A DNA stretch of 64,000 nucleotides from Clostridiaceae bacterium Marseille-Q4149 (GTDB lineage: Bacteria; Bacteroidota; Bacteroidia; Bacteroidales; Bacteroidaceae). The stretch spans positions 29,105 to 93,104 of the forward strand of contig CAVIQL010000001.1 of NCBI GenBank assembly GCA_963644855.1, in the 5' to 3' direction. The notes below the pieces were generated by a model. It saw only the letters and a program-made list of their open reading frames with translations, was not told the DNA's origin and did no database searches. The translations under genes and the position numbers were made by a program. Positions 1-8,940 of the stretch are shown here, piece after piece. How positions within the stretch are numbered: the first letter of the stretch is position 1; the number at the start of each line of letters is the position of its first letter.

Positions 1-343
1 GTTGCTGCTCGTCGTTTGAAAGGTTGTGGAAATAACGGTTCTCAAACATGAAATCGCCGTTCACGTATTGGCATATAGATATTGTGCGCTGCTGTCCGTC
101 GAGCACTTCATAGGGAACGGGGTTGTCGGCATCGCGTTCCACCCAATACATCACGTTTAGCGGAAAATTGTTTCTCACAGTGTGTATCACGGCATCGCGT
201 TGCTTTTCTTTGTAAATGAATTCGCGTTGATAGGGTGGGCGTATGTCGAGTTTTCCGCCGTATCCTCTTACGCCTTGCTCGTTGTTGTCTTCATAGTTTT
301 TCGTTAATTCGCGAATTGTAATCTGATGCAGTTCTATGTTCAT
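1..343 (-). CDS. DUF262 (ParB/Srx-like, GmrSD-N-type) domain protein, copy A; N-terminal part only, gene runs off the window start
   Basis: Absent from the ORF track because there is no stop in the window. Reverse translation from the ATG at 343-341 gives MNIELHQITIRELTKNYEDNNEQGVRGYGGKLDIRPPYQREFIYKEKQRDAVIHTV...YEVLDGQQRTISICQYV. This is co-linear with the 60233..61357 protein and includes the DGQQR motif. Confidence 0.8.
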   Translation of the reverse strand, partial: MNIELHQITIRELTKNYEDNNEQGVRGYGGKLDIRPPYQREFIYKEKQRDAVIHTVRNNFPLNVMYWVERDADNPVPYEVLDGQQRTISICQYVNGDFMFENRYFHNLSNDEQQ

Positions 344-379
344 GATATTTTGTTTTTAGTATTTCGAGTAATGTGCTGA

Positions 380-1411
380 TTATTTCTTACGTCGAATGAA
401 CAGTCTTTTGTAAGTGTTGTTTCCTTTGATAGATGGATTCATATTGGTGGCTTTATCCCATTCTGCAGGTCTTCCGTAATTATAAGAACAACCGAGGATT
501 TCAAATTGTTCGGGATTGTGTTTATGTAGGAACGAAACTGGTACGCCCATTACTCCATAGTAATCGCAAGGAATGTCTTCTATCTTTTTAATATGTATGG
601 CATCGTAGTTGTCGTATTTGGGATATTTTTCGGGCGAGTAGTTCTTATATAATATGAGTTCTTCGTTGCGTTTGGGAATCTCAAGATTGGTAAACCAACA
701 TATGTTGCCGAAACTTCTCCACCTTTTGCCGTTTTTATCAATCCACGATCTTGTTTTTCTGTCTGGGTAATCGTCGGGAACCCTGAAAGCTTGGTCGCCA
801 TATTTATAGCCAAGCCAAATTTGGTTGTTGTAGATAAAAGGAAAGATATCTTTATATGTTGTTTTGTTTATGTCTCCCATTATTATAAACTTCTTGTTGT
901 ATTTCATAAGTAGCGGCACGTATTCCCGAAATAGGGTGAACGGCGGATTTGTTACCACAATGTCGGCTTCTTTTAGGAATTCCACGCACTCGGGCGAACT
1001 AAAATCGCCGTTGCCTTTGAGAAGTTTTACCACGTGCTTGTCTTGCGACAAAAGCAGTTTGACATCTTCGAGGTCTATTCGCCCGTCGCCGTTATAGTCT
1101 TTCATTTCGGTAATCTCCACCTTGTAGGCTTTTCGCGGGGTTTGCTTCATTTCTTCAAACAAAAACTCATTGCCCGATATTGGTGAGCCGTTGTAGCAGG
1201 TGGATATGAGTTTTTTCAAACCAAACTCGTTGAAATTCGCTGCGAAATACTTGAAAAAGTTGCTTTCATAGGGGTCGTCGCAATTACACAGAATGGTTTT
1301 GCCCGCAAAGTGTTTACGGTAGTGTTTCAATTCGTTTTCAATGTCGGGCATTTGGGTGTAAAACTCGTTCTGCTTGGTTCGCTTTGCCACATTAAGGTTC
1401 TTGTTTGCCAT
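380..1411 (-). CDS. EcoRI-methylase-like N6-adenine DNA methyltransferase, copy A
   Basis: 343-aa ORF. N-terminal EFYTQ...GKTILCNCDDPYESNFFKYF block and VVTNPPF (NPPF catalytic motif). Co-linear paralog of 61430..62470. Confidence 0.8.
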   Translation of the reverse strand: MANKNLNVAKRTKQNEFYTQMPDIENELKHYRKHFAGKTILCNCDDPYESNFFKYFAANFNEFGLKKLISTCYNGSPISGNEFLFEEMKQTPRKAYKVEITEMKDYNGDGRIDLEDVKLLLSQDKHVVKLLKGNGDFSSPECVEFLKEADIVVTNPPFTLFREYVPLLMKYNKKFIIMGDINKTTYKDIFPFIYNNQIWLGYKYGDQAFRVPDDYPDRKTRSWIDKNGKRWRSFGNICWFTNLEIPKRNEELILYKNYSPEKYPKYDNYDAIHIKKIEDIPCDYYGVMGVPVSFLHKHNPEQFEILGCSYNYGRPAEWDKATNMNPSIKGNNTYKRLFIRRKK

Positions 1412-1742
1412 AAATGATTGATAGTTTTAACGAGCACCGACTATCAATCACGCCAAGACACAATAAAAGCGTGATGCTCTTATTGCGTTTAGCTTAGGGG
1501 CAGCGTAGGATGGAAACCCCTTCCTCTCAAAATAAGCGCACCACGCCATGCGACGTGAGCATTGCTTATACGAGAGGAAAGGTGTACCGCTACGGATCAC
1601 CTTTCACATATTATTTCTGTGTTGTTTATTTCCAAATAGTTTCCTACGCTTTTGGCTAAACGCGAAATAATAGCGAATGCTTTTTTAGTTTTTACCGATA
1701 AGACAGCGAAGCGCGCAAACTGCAAAGTGTGCGTTGTTCGCC
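1412..1742 (-). ncRNA. Conserved structured 5' leader / candidate ncRNA of methyltransferase operon A
   Basis: No conserved ORF. Runs of 31 nt (1652-1682) and 13 nt (1605-1617) are identical to copy B (62705-62735, 62658-62670). Helices 1521-1528/1572-1579 and 1532-1537/1564-1569 are replaced by different but still complementary sequences in copy B. Hairpin 1415-1425/1440-1450 ends 3 nt before the start codon. Confidence 0.55.
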
Positions 1743-1747
1743 ATTTG

Positions 1748-1755
1748 CAAATATA
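1748..1755 (-). promoter_or_regulatory. -7 promoter box TATATTTG (Bacteroidetes TAnnTTTG consensus) for operon A
   Basis: The minus strand reads ...atatttgcggaaatcatTATATTTGcaaatgg. The same block is conserved upstream of copy B. There is no properly spaced -33 TTTG. Confidence 0.5.
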
Positions 1756-1829
1756 ATGATTTCCGCAAATATTGCGAATGTTGGAGGGGGCAATATGCTC
1801 GATGAAAAATGTTTCCGCATATCAAAAAA

Positions 1830-1915
1830 ACAATGTCAGACCTTTTTTAAAAAATATCGGTTATTGTTTAAAAAATATCGGTTATTATTTTCGCGATAAG
1901 CCATGTGGCTTTTAT
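1830..1915. repeat. 21-nt periodic palindromic-word repeat array, locus R1
   Basis: caatgtcagaccttttttaaaaaatatcggttattgtttaaaaaatatcggttattattttcgcgataagccatgtggctt; unit spacing is 21 nt; tail is TTTTCGCGATAAGCC. Confidence 0.75.
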
Positions 1916-1999
1916 AGCATTAAATGTGGGCGAAATATACTATGGCTTTTGAGAAATAATGCCTAACTTCGCGAGGCTAACAAACAAATACCATAAATT

Positions 2000-3451
2000 A
2001 TGGACGCAATATATTTTTTACAGAAAAAACTTTCGTGTGCAGCGATAGCCGGTCTGTTAATGACTTTCGGCGTTTCGTGCAGCAATTCTCAAACCGGAGA
2101 GCAACAACTTACCTCTTGGAGCTCGCTCGATGGCAAGACAACAGTTCAACAACCTGAAATCGCGGTGAAGAATGGCGATGTGTTGAAAGCAGAAGGCGAC
2201 TACAAAAATTTTGAACTGAACGGAAAGGTTTATACTTCCCAAGACGCCGAGGCTTCAATGCTTTTCCATTCCGACGGAAAGAGTGGTTATGAAGTTCTTT
2301 TCCACAACGGGGCAATCGATGGTACTACCAAAACCGGCAGCCTTTGCGCTGTGCGCAATCTTTATCGCTCATTGGCAGCCGACAGTGCGTGGACAGATTT
2401 CCGAATTGCGGTAAAAGGCAAGAACATATCCGTTAATATCGGCGGCACAGACGTGGTTTGCTATACCGAGCCGGCACAACCTTATCGTTTGAAGGAATAT
2501 GCTTCGCGTTTGCTCGGACATGGCGCGTTTGTGCTGGTAGGAAAGAAAGGCGAAGTACGCTTCAAGGATTTAAAAGTAACCGCATTGCCCGAAAACGCAC
2601 GCAATTCAAACGACACGCTACCCGCCATAGACGAACAAACCGACAGCATAATTCGTTTACAACAGCGCGGATTTCCCGTGATAGACTATCATGTGCATCT
2701 CAAAGGCGGACTGACCAAAGAACAAGCTCATGCCATGTCGATGAATTATGGCATTAATTATGGTATTGCCCCGAATGCGGGCGAAGGCGGCATAGGTCGT
2801 ATGCTTTCTACCGACGAAGAAGTTTACCAATATTTCAATGAGGTAAAACCATTGCCGTTTCTTTGTGGCGTGCAAGGCGAAGGGCGTCGTTGGTCTACGC
2901 AATTCTCGCCAAAGGCATTGGGCATATTTGATTATCTGTTCACCGATGCAATGACAATAATGGACAAAGGAGTTCGCACTCGCCTATACCACCCCGAAGA
3001 AGTGCATCTTGACGGGCGCAGCAAGGAAGAATATATGGATCTTATCGTGAGTCAAATCGAAAAAATCCTATCTTACGAGCCTGCAGATATATATGCCAAT
3101 CCTACTTACCTACCCGAAATTTTGAATGCTGACTATGATAAATATTGGACAGACGAGCGTGTGAACCGCATGTTGGATGTGATGCAAAAATATCATATTG
3201 CCCTCGAAATAAATCCGCGTTACAAGATTCCAAGTTTCGATATTATTCGCAAGGCAAAGGCTCGCGGAATGAAATTTACTTTTGGAACAAACAACGAGAA
3301 CGCTGATTTTGGAAAATTGGAGTATGCTATTCAAGCCATATATGCTTGCGGATTAACAAAAGACGATATTTGGTTCCCGTCGATGAGTGTTCGTCGCGAT
3401 AGAGTGCCGGTTGATTATAATGGTTTCAAAAAAGCGGCAGCGCAGAAATAG
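2000..3451 (+). CDS. Lipoprotein: N-terminal DUF1080 (3-keto-disaccharide hydrolase-like) domain fused to a C-terminal PHP/amidohydrolase-like metal hydrolase domain
   Basis: Signal/lipobox LLMTFGVSCS. KNFELNGKVY...MLFHSDG...GYEVLF...FRIAVKG...FKDLKV resembles DUF1080. The C-terminal VIDYHVHLKGG...EINPRYK...FTFGTNNEN resembles metal-dependent hydrolases. Confidence 0.55.
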   Translation: MDAIYFLQKKLSCAAIAGLLMTFGVSCSNSQTGEQQLTSWSSLDGKTTVQQPEIAVKNGDVLKAEGDYKNFELNGKVYTSQDAEASMLFHSDGKSGYEVLFHNGAIDGTTKTGSLCAVRNLYRSLAADSAWTDFRIAVKGKNISVNIGGTDVVCYTEPAQPYRLKEYASRLLGHGAFVLVGKKGEVRFKDLKVTALPENARNSNDTLPAIDEQTDSIIRLQQRGFPVIDYHVHLKGGLTKEQAHAMSMNYGINYGIAPNAGEGGIGRMLSTDEEVYQYFNEVKPLPFLCGVQGEGRRWSTQFSPKALGIFDYLFTDAMTIMDKGVRTRLYHPEEVHLDGRSKEEYMDLIVSQIEKILSYEPADIYANPTYLPEILNADYDKYWTDERVNRMLDVMQKYHIALEINPRYKIPSFDIIRKAKARGMKFTFGTNNENADFGKLEYAIQAIYACGLTKDDIWFPSMSVRRDRVPVDYNGFKKAAAQK

Positions 3452-3480
3452 AAAAATACAAAATGTGAGCGTATGCGGAA

Positions 3481-3585
3481 AAACAATGCCGCATATCCGA
3501 GAAACGAAGTCCGATATTGTTTAAACGATATCGGACTTCGTTTTAACAAGATGCCTTGGAATTTTTACGATATCAAATGTGCCTA
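3481..3585. repeat. Repeat family locus R2 (word array plus hairpin)
   Basis: aaacaatgccgcatatccgag...gtccgatattgtttaaacgatatcggac...agatgccttggaatttttacgatatc. Confidence 0.7.
3504..3544 (+). terminator. Hairpin terminator after the 2000..3451 gene
   Basis: Perfect 14-bp stem acgaagtccgatat / atatcggacttcgt (3504-3517 / 3528-3541) followed by TTT. Confidence 0.6.
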
Positions 3586-3646
3586 AAACCAATTACTCAA
3601 AAAGGCGAAAAAGTGCCGATAACCGAGACGGGAAAGGCGTTGCGTT

Positions 3647-3700
3647 TAAAAACAAAAAGCCCCAAACTGCCGCCATAAGGCTGAAACGCAGATTGGGACT
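3647..3700 (-). terminator. recA terminator
   Basis: 13-bp stem 3658-3670 / 3688-3700 (one G-U and one mismatch on the minus strand), followed on the minus strand by ttttgttttt. Confidence 0.55.
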
Positions 3701-3719
3701 TGATGTTATAGAATTTAGA

Positions 3720-4793
3720 TTATTCGTTGCCCATTTCAGAATCGTCGGAATCGTCTCCTTCTTCGATATTTGGGTTGCCATTAAGGAACTCTACTACTTT
3801 GTTCTCTATTTCCTGGCGGAATTCAAGGTTGTCTTTCAACAGACTAATCACAGAATCGCGACCTTGTCCGATTTTGGTATCTCCATAACTGAACCACGAA
3901 CCACTTTTCTTGATTATGTTGTTGTCGATAGCAACGTCTATTAATTCGCCAACGCGTGAAATTCCTTCTCCGAATATAATGTCGAATTTGCAGACGCGGA
4001 ATGGGGGAGCAACTTTGTTTTTTACGATTTTTACGCGCACTTTGTTTCCGTACACTTTATCGCCTGTTTTCAACGCTTCGGCTTTGCGTATGTCCAAACG
4101 CACCGAAGCGTAGAATTTCAACGCATTTCCGCCCGTTGTTGTCTCGGGATTGCCATACATTACTCCGATTTTCTCGCGCAACTGGTTGATGAAAATGCAG
4201 GTAGTGCGGGTTTTGCTTATCACAGAAGTGAGTTTGCGCAAAGCTTGGCTCATTAGTCGTGCCTGCAAGCCCACTTTGTTTTCTCCCATAACGCCTTCGA
4301 TTTCGGCTTTGGGGGTTAACGCTGCAACAGAGTCGATTACTACGATATCTACAGCGGCTGAGCGAATGAGTTGGTCGGCTATGTCGAGTGCTTGTTCGCC
4401 GTTGTCGGGTTGCGAAATCAGCAAATCGTCAACTTTTACTCCGAGTTTGGCTGCATAGAAACGGTCGAAAGCGTGCTCAGCGTCTATAAATGCAGCAATG
4501 CCGCCTGCTTTCTGCGTTTCGGCAATGGCATGCAGGGCGAGAGTTGTCTTTCCCGAACTTTCGGGACCGAATATCTCTACGATTCTTCCGCGTGGATATC
4601 CGCCCACACCCAATGCTGCGTCGAGCATAATGCTTCCGCTGGGAATTACTTCCACTTTTTCTACGTGTTCGTCTCCGAGGCGCATGATTGTGCCTTTGCC
4701 AAAGTCTTTTTCTATCTTCGCCATTGCGGCTTGCAGCGCTTTCAGTTTTTCGCTGTTTGCCGAGGGCGTTTCTTCAATATTCTTTTTTGCCAT
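3720..4793 (-). CDS. recA: Recombinase RecA
   Basis: MAKKNIE...[19 protein letters not shown]...[16 protein letters not shown] (Walker A)...; start moved to the ATG at 4793 (Met94 of the 450-aa ORF). The upstream extension has no RecA similarity. Confidence 0.97.
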   Translation of the reverse strand: MAKKNIEETPSANSEKLKALQAAMAKIEKDFGKGTIMRLGDEHVEKVEVIPSGSIMLDAALGVGGYPRGRIVEIFGPESSGKTTLALHAIAETQKAGGIAAFIDAEHAFDRFYAAKLGVKVDDLLISQPDNGEQALDIADQLIRSAAVDIVVIDSVAALTPKAEIEGVMGENKVGLQARLMSQALRKLTSVISKTRTTCIFINQLREKIGVMYGNPETTTGGNALKFYASVRLDIRKAEALKTGDKVYGNKVRVKIVKNKVAPPFRVCKFDIIFGEGISRVGELIDVAIDNNIIKKSGSWFSYGDTKIGQGRDSVISLLKDNLEFRQEIENKVVEFLNGNPNIEEGDDSDDSEMGNE

Positions 4794-4948
4794 GTTAATG
4801 CTTGGCTTTGTGCCTTGTTTGCTTTGTTTATGATATACAAAGATAGAAATAATTTTCAGAATTGAAACCAAGCAGTCTTTTTTTATCATAAACCGAATGT
4901 CGTAGCGTGGGAGTGGGGCAGAATGGCTTGGATTTACGCTTAATTCTT

Positions 4949-4956
4949 TAATTTTG
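4949..4956 (+). promoter_or_regulatory. -7 box TAATTTTG upstream of the nucleosidase-family gene
   Basis: Matches TAnnTTTG. It overlaps the first ATG of the ORF (4954), which argues for the downstream start at 4972. Confidence 0.4.
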
Positions 4957-4971
4957 CAGATACAACGAAAT

Positions 4972-5559
4972 ATGTTTGACATGGGAAATCGAAAAATTTT
5001 GATATCATTTGCTTTGCCGGAAGAGACGCCCGACTTTGCGGCAAGCGAAACAGTGAGAGTGATAACCACCAAGGTTGGAAAGGCGAGCGCTGCCTATAGG
5101 CTTACAAAAAACATCTTGGATTTTAAGCCCGACATAGTGATAAATGCAGGCACGGCGGGAACTGTGAAATGGAATGTGGGAGATATTGTGGTTTCGAGGC
5201 GTTTCTACGACCGCGACCTTGCTCCGCTTACAATCGAGGGCGTGGTTAGCGAAATTGAAGTGGAAGAGGCTTTGAAAATTCCCTCGATTATTGAAAACCG
5301 CGAGAACTTCGGCGATTTTGTGGTGAATACCGGCGATGACTTTGTTACGGATTTGTCGACTGTGGTGGGAGATGTTATTGATATGGAGGGATTTGCGCAA
5401 GCTGTGGTTTGTCAGTCTGAAAACATTCCCTTTGTTTCTGTGAAATATATCACAGATATTATCGGTCAAAACAGTGTTAAGGTGTGGAACGAGAAACTTG
5501 CCGATGCGCGCAAGGCTCTTGGAGATTACTTCAACAGGTATGTTTTCCCGCTTATTTGA
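4972..5559 (+). CDS. MTA/SAH nucleosidase-family (phosphorylase family 1) protein
   Basis: [10 protein letters not shown]...[10 protein letters not shown]...[15 protein letters not shown] pattern typical of Pfs/MtnN-like nucleosidases. Start 4972 or 4981. Confidence 0.65.
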   Translation: MFDMGNRKILISFALPEETPDFAASETVRVITTKVGKASAAYRLTKNILDFKPDIVINAGTAGTVKWNVGDIVVSRRFYDRDLAPLTIEGVVSEIEVEEALKIPSIIENRENFGDFVVNTGDDFVTDLSTVVGDVIDMEGFAQAVVCQSENIPFVSVKYITDIIGQNSVKVWNEKLADARKALGDYFNRYVFPLI

Positions 5560-5584
5560 CGTAGTAAAAAAAACAAGGCATATG

Positions 5585-5680
5585 GTTTTTCTAATATCCG
5601 ATATTTTTTAAACAATGTCGGATATTTTTTAAATAATGTCAGACATTGTTTTTGCGATAAGCCTTATGTTTTTTGCAGAA
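5585..5680. repeat. Repeat family locus R3
   Basis: ctaATATCCGATATtttttaaacaATGTCGGATATtttttaaataATGTCAGACATtgtttttgcgataagcc. Confidence 0.8.
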
Positions 5681-5942
5681 AGAATATTTGGACGGAAATA
5701 TCTAAGACATAGGGAGATATATAAGTCTTGGTAGTTTTGCGCATTTGGAGCTTGGGAGCATGGCAAAGAATGTTGTGCCTTGGGTGTGCCAAAAGTAATG
5801 TGCACATTCAAAGTTTGCGGCTTTTTGCAGGTTGGTAAACTTTTATACAATGCATTTTGACGGAAAAAGGTGCGGTTCGGTCTTTTTGTGTCGGCTTTTC
5901 TTTGCAAAAAGACTAACTTTGTTTCAATTTACAGTCAAAAGC

Positions 5943-6716
5943 ATGAAAATTTCAATTATAGGCGCGGGAAATATGGGCGTAGCCATAGCCTGCGGATTGG
6001 TCGGCGACAAAAAGTTGACGCTTATGGTGTCGAATCCGACAAAGGGTAAACTCGAAGCATTGAAGAACATTCACCCGGAAATAAACATTACGACAAACAA
6101 CTGCTATGCGGCAGAATGGGCAGACGTTGTGATTCTTGCCGTTAAGCCATGGATTATGCAAACCGTGGTGAAAGAGATAAAAAACTCGCTATCTCCGGAA
6201 CGCCAACAATTGGTATCGATTGCAGCAGGTGTGAAAACCGCCGAAATTTTGTCGTGGCTCGACGGAATTAGTATGCCTGTTTATTATCTTATACCCAACA
6301 CAGCCATAAGCATAAGCCAAAGCATGACTTTTGTAGCCCCTTGCAATGCCGACGAAAAGCAGGTGGACGTTATAATGTCGCTATTCGGAAAACTGGGAAA
6401 GGTGATGTTCGTGGAGGAAAAGGAAATACCGGCGTGCATGGCGCTTGCCTCGTGCGGAATAGCTTATGCCATGCGTTATGCAAGGGCTAACATGGAGGGC
6501 GCAATTGAACTGGGAATAAAACCGGCAAAGGCTCTCGAAATTATAGAGCAAACCATGATCGGCGCAGCCGAACTGCTTGCGGCCACAGGCAATCACCCCG
6601 AAGTGGAAATAGACAAGGTTACAACTCCGGGCGGACTTACGATAAAAGGTATCAATGCCTTGGAAGAAAATGGTTTCACAACGGCGGTGATAAAAGCCCT
6701 GAAAGCATCAATCTAA
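5943..6716 (+). CDS. proC: Pyrroline-5-carboxylate reductase
   Basis: MKISIIGAGNMGVAIACGL Rossmann start; C-terminal VTTPGGLTIKG motif. Start moved to the ATG at 5943. Confidence 0.9.
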   Translation: MKISIIGAGNMGVAIACGLVGDKKLTLMVSNPTKGKLEALKNIHPEINITTNNCYAAEWADVVILAVKPWIMQTVVKEIKNSLSPERQQLVSIAAGVKTAEILSWLDGISMPVYYLIPNTAISISQSMTFVAPCNADEKQVDVIMSLFGKLGKVMFVEEKEIPACMALASCGIAYAMRYARANMEGAIELGIKPAKALEIIEQTMIGAAELLAATGNHPEVEIDKVTTPGGLTIKGINALEENGFTTAVIKALKASI

Positions 6717-6718
6717 CA

Positions 6719-7510
6719 ATGAAGAAAAAAAGAATAGTAGTAAAAGTAGGCACAAACATAATAACGCGCGAAGACGGAAGCCTTGATATCACGCAGATGT
6801 CCTCGCTCGCCGACCAAATAGCCGAAGTATACAATTCGGGGTGGGAAGTGATTATGGTAAGTTCGGGAGCTGTGGCTTGCGGAAGAAGCATGGTGCAAAA
6901 CATAAAGGAAGAACTTGACGATTTAGACCAGCGCCAACTTTTTTCAGCCGTTGGCCAGGCAAAACTAATCGACTTGTATTACACTTTGTTTCGTGAGCAC
7001 GGAATAACAGTGGGGCAGGTTTTGACAACAAAGGAAAGTCTTGCCGGGAAAAAGCAGATGGAAACGCAACATAACTGTATGAACGTGATGATGCGCAACA
7101 ATATCATTCCGATAATCAACGAAAACGACCCGATATCGCTCACCGAATTGATGTTTACCGACAACGACGAACTTGCAGGGCTTGTGGCGAAAATGATGGG
7201 GGCTGACGTTTTGATGCTTCTTACAAACGTAGACGGAATATTCGGAGCAAAACCCGACGGAACGCTCGATATGGAAAATCTGATACGCGAAGTTCGCCAA
7301 GGAGACGATGTGGCATGTTTTGTACAGAACAAAAAATCTTCGCGCGGGCGTGGCGGAATGCTTTCAAAGGAGAGTATCGCGATGAAAGCCGCTGCAGCCG
7401 GAATAGAAACCTTTATTGCCAACGGCAGACGGCACGGGGTGATAAACGCATTGCTTACAAATTGCGCCGAAACGCCTTCTACACACTTTATACCCGAAAG
7501 AAATGATTGA
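6719..7510 (+). CDS. proB: Glutamate 5-kinase
   Basis: [12 protein letters not shown]...[10 protein letters not shown]...NENDP...FTDNDELA motifs of the amino-acid kinase family; lies in a proC-proB-proA arrangement. Confidence 0.9.
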   Translation: MKKKRIVVKVGTNIITREDGSLDITQMSSLADQIAEVYNSGWEVIMVSSGAVACGRSMVQNIKEELDDLDQRQLFSAVGQAKLIDLYYTLFREHGITVGQVLTTKESLAGKKQMETQHNCMNVMMRNNIIPIINENDPISLTELMFTDNDELAGLVAKMMGADVLMLLTNVDGIFGAKPDGTLDMENLIREVRQGDDVACFVQNKKSSRGRGGMLSKESIAMKAAAAGIETFIANGRRHGVINALLTNCAETPSTHFIPERND

Positions 7511-8747
7511 GAAACTATTGGAAAATACCCGGCAGGCTTCGCAAAAACTCCGTTTGCAGTCGTCGAATATAATAGATAGCGTATTGCTCGATATTGCAGC
7601 GCTTTGCGATGCCAACCATTCGGCGCTTCTTGCCGAAAATGCCAAGGATTTGGCAGAAATGAGCGCTGACAATCCGCTTTACGACCGTTTGAAACTCACA
7701 GATGAAAGGCTTGAGGATATTTCGGCGCAGATTCGCAAACTTGTGGAGCTTCCTTCGCCGTTGAATGTGGTTATCTCGCAAGAAACTCGCCCTAACGGTT
7801 TGGACGTTTCAAGAGTGAGTGTGCCTTTCGGGGTTATTGGAATTATCTACGAGGCACGTCCTAACGTTACATTCGATGTTTCGGCAATTTGTCTCAAATC
7901 GGGCAACGCCTGTGTGCTTAAAGGTAGCCGCAATGCCGAAAATTCAAACAAGGCTATCGTAGAAATAATTCACGAGGCCTTGCGCAAGAACAATATTCCC
8001 CAAGATGCCGTAACATTACTGCCGTCGTCGCACGAAGCAACGGCGGAATTGTTGCGCGCAAATGGGTTGGTGGATTTGATAATTCCGCGAGGCGGGCGAA
8101 ACTTGATTGACTTCGTTAGAACAAATGCCACTGTTAATGTGATAGAAACCGGTGCCGGCACGTGTCATGTGTATTTCGACAAATATGGAGACCTTAAAAA
8201 AGGGACAGATATAGTATTTAATGCAAAAACAAGGCGCGTGAGTGTTTGCAATGCCTTGGATTGCTTGATTATAGACAAAGACAGATTGAACGACTTGCCT
8301 GCTCTTTGCGAAAGAATGGCTTCGAAAAGTGTTGATATATACGCCGACGAACCGGCTTATGAGGCTTTGGAAAAAAAATATCCCGAGAAATTGTTGCATC
8401 GTGCCGCGCCCGAAAACTATGGCAAGGAATATTTGGATTATGCCATGGCAATAAAAACGGCAAAAGGCTTTGACGATGCAATAGAACATATTGAAAAATA
8501 CGGATCGGGGCATAGCGAAGCAATTGTAACAGAAAACAAGAATAGGGGTGAGCTTTTTCTTTCGGCTGTTGACAGTGCTTGTGTTTATTTGAACGCTCCT
8601 ACTTCGTTCTCAGATGGCGCGCAACTTGGGCTGGGTGCCGAAATAGGTATCTCAACTCAAAAACTACACGCAAGAGGTCCGATGGGATTGCGCGAACTCA
8701 CAACTTATAAATGGATTATCAAGGGAAACGGACAGGTGAGACCATAG
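7503..8747 (+). CDS. proA: Gamma-glutamyl phosphate reductase
   Basis: 414 aa, aldehyde dehydrogenase-like with VCNALDCLI catalytic Cys region and GHSEAIVT. Overlaps the proB stop by 8 nt. Confidence 0.92.
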   Translation: MIEKLLENTRQASQKLRLQSSNIIDSVLLDIAALCDANHSALLAENAKDLAEMSADNPLYDRLKLTDERLEDISAQIRKLVELPSPLNVVISQETRPNGLDVSRVSVPFGVIGIIYEARPNVTFDVSAICLKSGNACVLKGSRNAENSNKAIVEIIHEALRKNNIPQDAVTLLPSSHEATAELLRANGLVDLIIPRGGRNLIDFVRTNATVNVIETGAGTCHVYFDKYGDLKKGTDIVFNAKTRRVSVCNALDCLIIDKDRLNDLPALCERMASKSVDIYADEPAYEALEKKYPEKLLHRAAPENYGKEYLDYAMAIKTAKGFDDAIEHIEKYGSGHSEAIVTENKNRGELFLSAVDSACVYLNAPTSFSDGAQLGLGAEIGISTQKLHARGPMGLRELTTYKWIIKGNGQVRP

Positions 8748-8759
8748 CTGGAAAAACCA

Positions 8760-8865
8760 CATGCGTTGTCGCAAAAACTCCAAGGCATATAATTTAAATT
8801 TCGCCGCATCTAAATTAAATTAAGTCGGACGTAGTTTTTCCGAGAAGCCGACAAAGTTTTTCAAG
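8760..8865. repeat. Repeat family locus R4 (degenerate hairpin variant)
   Basis: ctccaaggcatataatttaaatttcgccgcatctaaattaaattaagtcggacgtagtttttccgag. Shares a 27-nt identical run with R5. Confidence 0.7.
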
Positions 8866-8882
8866 AACCCAAAAGGAATAAT

Positions 8883-8918
8883 AAAAAAGGGGTGTTTCAA
8901 TCGAAACACTCCTTTCTT
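8883..8918. terminator. Bidirectional terminator between convergent proA and atpG
   Basis: Stem ggggtgtttc / gaaacactcc (8889-8898 / 8903-8912), flanked by an A-run on one side and a T-run on the other. Confidence 0.65.
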
Positions 8919-8940
8919 TATCACAAAAAATAAATGGATT

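Noticed and set aside
1448-1549. 33-codon minus-strand micro-ORF inside leader A (a possible leader peptide)
   Set aside because: Copy B has no equivalent ORF; its ATGs at the corresponding place give only 4- and 12-codon frames. A conserved leader-peptide attenuation mechanism is therefore unlikely.
1412-1742. Tested the leader as a known riboswitch (SAM/SAH classes would be logical for a methyltransferase) or as an ssDNA promoter of a conjugative leading region
   Set aside because: I could not match the conserved cores of the SAM-I, SAM-II or SAH riboswitches by eye. A normal dsDNA -7 promoter box precedes the element, and there are no transfer genes nearby. Neither idea is fully excluded without cmscan and wider genomic context.
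1772-1966. 64-aa plus-strand ORF (similar cases at 39364..39609, 5629..5907 and 24662..24892)
   Set aside because: These ORFs are made up of the A/T-rich 21-nt repeat arrays. They have no conserved protein-like sequence, and the reading frame is incidental.
4794-5072. 93-codon N-terminal extension of the recA ORF
   Set aside because: The extension has no RecA similarity and covers the divergent promoter region. A canonical RecA N-terminus begins at ATG 4793.
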